From Fastidiosibacter lacustris (GTDB lineage: Bacteria > Pseudomonadota > Gammaproteobacteria > Francisellales > Francisellaceae), in NCBI RefSeq assembly GCF_003428155.1, contig NZ_QLIR01000014.1, forward strand, positions 1 through 32,000: a DNA stretch of 32,000 nucleotides, written 5' to 3'. Of the stretch, positions 30,501-32,000 are shown one piece after another. Position 1 is the first letter of the stretch, and every line of letters starts with the position of its first letter. The notes below the pieces were generated by a model that was not told the DNA's origin, did not search any database, and saw nothing but the letters and a program-made list of their open reading frames with translations. Both the position numbers and the translations under genes were made by a program.

Positions 30501-31471
30501 ACCAGTTTAATGAACAAAGCAATCAAGCCAGTGCAAGCGACCTTGTAACAAATGAGCTTAAAGAACAGGGGATAATAACGCCGCAAATTGTACCAATTAA
30601 ATACGGTGATTTTAAAAAACTAAACCTTAAAAGCGCGGAGTTCCTTTTATATCCAATCATTGAAGAACAGGGGTTAGCCATGATTTACGCTATGCGTGGG
30701 GTTGGCAAAACTCATGTAAGCTTAAATATTGCCTACGCCGTGGCAACGGGTGGAAGCTTTTTAAAATGGAAAGCCAGGCGCCCAGCTAAGGTCTTATTTA
30801 TTGATGGGGAAATGCCAGCATATGCACTGCATGAACGGTTAAAGGTAATTGACCAAGGTAGAGGGTTTGCAGATGACAATTTAAATATTATCACCCCCGA
30901 TTTGTTAAAGGATAAAATCCCGCCAGACTTGGCAACGTCTACAGGGTGGAAGGCTGTAGAAGCTGCTGTGAATGATGTGGATTTAATCATTGTTGATAAT
31001 ATCAGCACACTTTGCCGCAATGGTAGAGACAATGAGGCAGATAGCTGGATACCTGTTCAACATTGGGCACTTAAATGGCGTGCGCAAGGCAAAGCAATAT
31101 TATTTATCCATCACTCCAATAAAAACGGCGACCAAAGGGGAACTAGTAAAAAAGAGGATGTGCTTAGCACAGTTATAAAGCTAGAACATGAAGAAGGTTA
31201 TAGTGCAGAAGACGGCGCTGCCTTTAGGGTAAGCCATACCAAGTCAAGATTGTTTCATGGTGAGGACGCCAAACCGTTTAAAGCAGCACTAACAAGCAAT
31301 GGCTGGGTATATGAAGATTGCGAAGCAGGAATCAAAGAAGAGGTGTGGGCACTCCATAATGATGGGATGAAGCAAGTTGATATTGCCAGAGAGCTTGGGC
31401 TTGAAAAATATCAAGTGACCAGAATCATTCAAAAGCATAAAAAATGTGATGGAATTTTAAGGACCGTATAA
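30497..31471 (+). CDS. RepA-like AAA ATPase/replicative helicase
   Basis: Walker A-like AMRGVGKTHVSLNIAYAVATGG, KVLFIDGEMP, LIIVDNISTL, ILFIHHSNKNGDQRGTS match the RepA/RecA-fold family. ATG at 30497 is preceded by AGGAGGT. Confidence 0.9.
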   Translation: MNQFNEQSNQASASDLVTNELKEQGIITPQIVPIKYGDFKKLNLKSAEFLLYPIIEEQGLAMIYAMRGVGKTHVSLNIAYAVATGGSFLKWKARRPAKVLFIDGEMPAYALHERLKVIDQGRGFADDNLNIITPDLLKDKIPPDLATSTGWKAVEAAVNDVDLIIVDNISTLCRNGRDNEADSWIPVQHWALKWRAQGKAILFIHHSNKNGDQRGTSKKEDVLSTVIKLEHEEGYSAEDGAAFRVSHTKSRLFHGEDAKPFKAALTSNGWVYEDCEAGIKEEVWALHNDGMKQVDIARELGLEKYQVTRIIQKHKKCDGILRTV

Positions 31472-31545
31472 TGGAGTGTTTGATTAAATTATATGCTAAA
31501 TTTTGCCATGCTTTTTGTGAAATAATTAAAGTAACTTTCGCAATA

Positions 31546-31744
31546 GTTGCAGAGTTGCAGTCCCTTAGGGCGTTGCAACTTGCAACTTTTCAAAAAAGCG
31601 TGCAACTTTTCTTGCAACTGTATCAGGTAAAAAACATGCCTGAAACCCTTATTTTAAAAGGAAGTTGCAACTGCAACTTTTATTGCAACGAACTGCAACT
31701 GAATGATATTTGTGCTGCAACTTTTAGGGGTAAAAAAGTTGCAG
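31546..31744 (+). repeat. Cluster of 12 TTGCAACT/CTGCAACT-type elements in both orientations (candidate origin iterons)
   Basis: Twelve TGCA cores in about 199 bp, nearly all in GTTGCA or TGCAAC context. Includes four TGCAACTTTT and the 10-bp palindrome AGTTGCAACT at 31663-31672. Confidence 0.75.
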
Positions 31745-31806
31745 TAATATTTCAATAATATGATCGTAAAATCTACACATTTTGCCATGGTAGGAGTGAC
31801 AAAAAA

Positions 31807-32000
31807 ATGATTAAATCACACGTCAAAAATGACGAGCAAAAAAACATCAATTCTGGAGGTGAAATCCTCGGAGATGTATCCGAAAAAACAACACCAAAAA
31901 CACTGGTGGATTTAGTGCCATACGGAATAACTGTATTAGATGCTGCTTATGTTAAGCAACTGCTTGTTCATACCACTTGGTTTTCAAGGTATGAAGTTAT
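31807..32000 (+). CDS. Truncated ORF, unknown (runs off the window)
   Basis: ATG at 31807 preceded by GGTAGGAGTGAC. Translates MIKSHVKNDEQKNINSGGEILGDVSEKTTPKTLVDLVPYGITVLDAAYVKQLLVHTTWFSRYEV without a stop. Confidence 0.6.
   Translation, partial: MIKSHVKNDEQKNINSGGEILGDVSEKTTPKTLVDLVPYGITVLDAAYVKQLLVHTTWFSRYEV

Larger units (their letters stand above)
24498..32000 (+). mobile_element. P4-like satellite or integrative element (left part; right end outside window)
   Basis: Integrase next to the tRNA-Leu 3' end, then AlpA, Ash/Icd-like ORFs, P22_AR_N-like protein, Toprim primase and RepA helicase in one co-directional, overlapping gene block. Confidence 0.85.

Noticed and set aside
29574-30586. 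Antisense ORFs opposite the primase gene
   Set aside because: Shadow ORFs of a well-supported Toprim primase coding sequence.
31471-31758. 95-aa ORF after the RepA-like gene
   Set aside because: Its sequence (LQLATFQKSVQLF, GSCNCNFYCNELQL) is mostly translation of the TTGCAACT repeat array. It is probably not a gene.

Overview
The window has two parts. Positions 1 to about 24,500 are gammaproteobacterial core chromosome. It carries a large secreted protein, an RNB-family ribonuclease broken by a homopolymer frameshift, MFS/DMT/POT transporters, an SDR oxidoreductase, trpC plus an amino-acid permease, an AmpG-like permease, rlmH, yaaA, glpX, a LysR regulator with a TehA-like transporter, cytochrome b561, a TsaC/Sua5-family protein, hslVU and folA, followed by a five-gene tRNA cluster (Phe, Pro, Arg, His, Leu). 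From the tRNA-Leu 3' end (about 24,498) to beyond the right edge is an integrated P4-like satellite or integrative element. Its order is tyrosine integrase, orphan ParD-like protein, unknown 354-aa protein, AlpA regulator, small HTH protein, a duplicated Ash/Icd-like region, a P22_AR_N-like protein, Toprim primase, a RepA-type AAA helicase, a dense TTGCAACT repeat cluster (candidate replication origin) and a truncated ORF. I found no CRISPR array and no complete known defence system. The most interesting items are the iteron-like cluster, the duplicated Ash/Icd-like segment with its apparent frameshift, the unclassified 354-aa gene between int and alpA, a structured leader in front of trpC, and the split RNB nuclease gene. 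All family calls come from reading the sequences. No database search was run.
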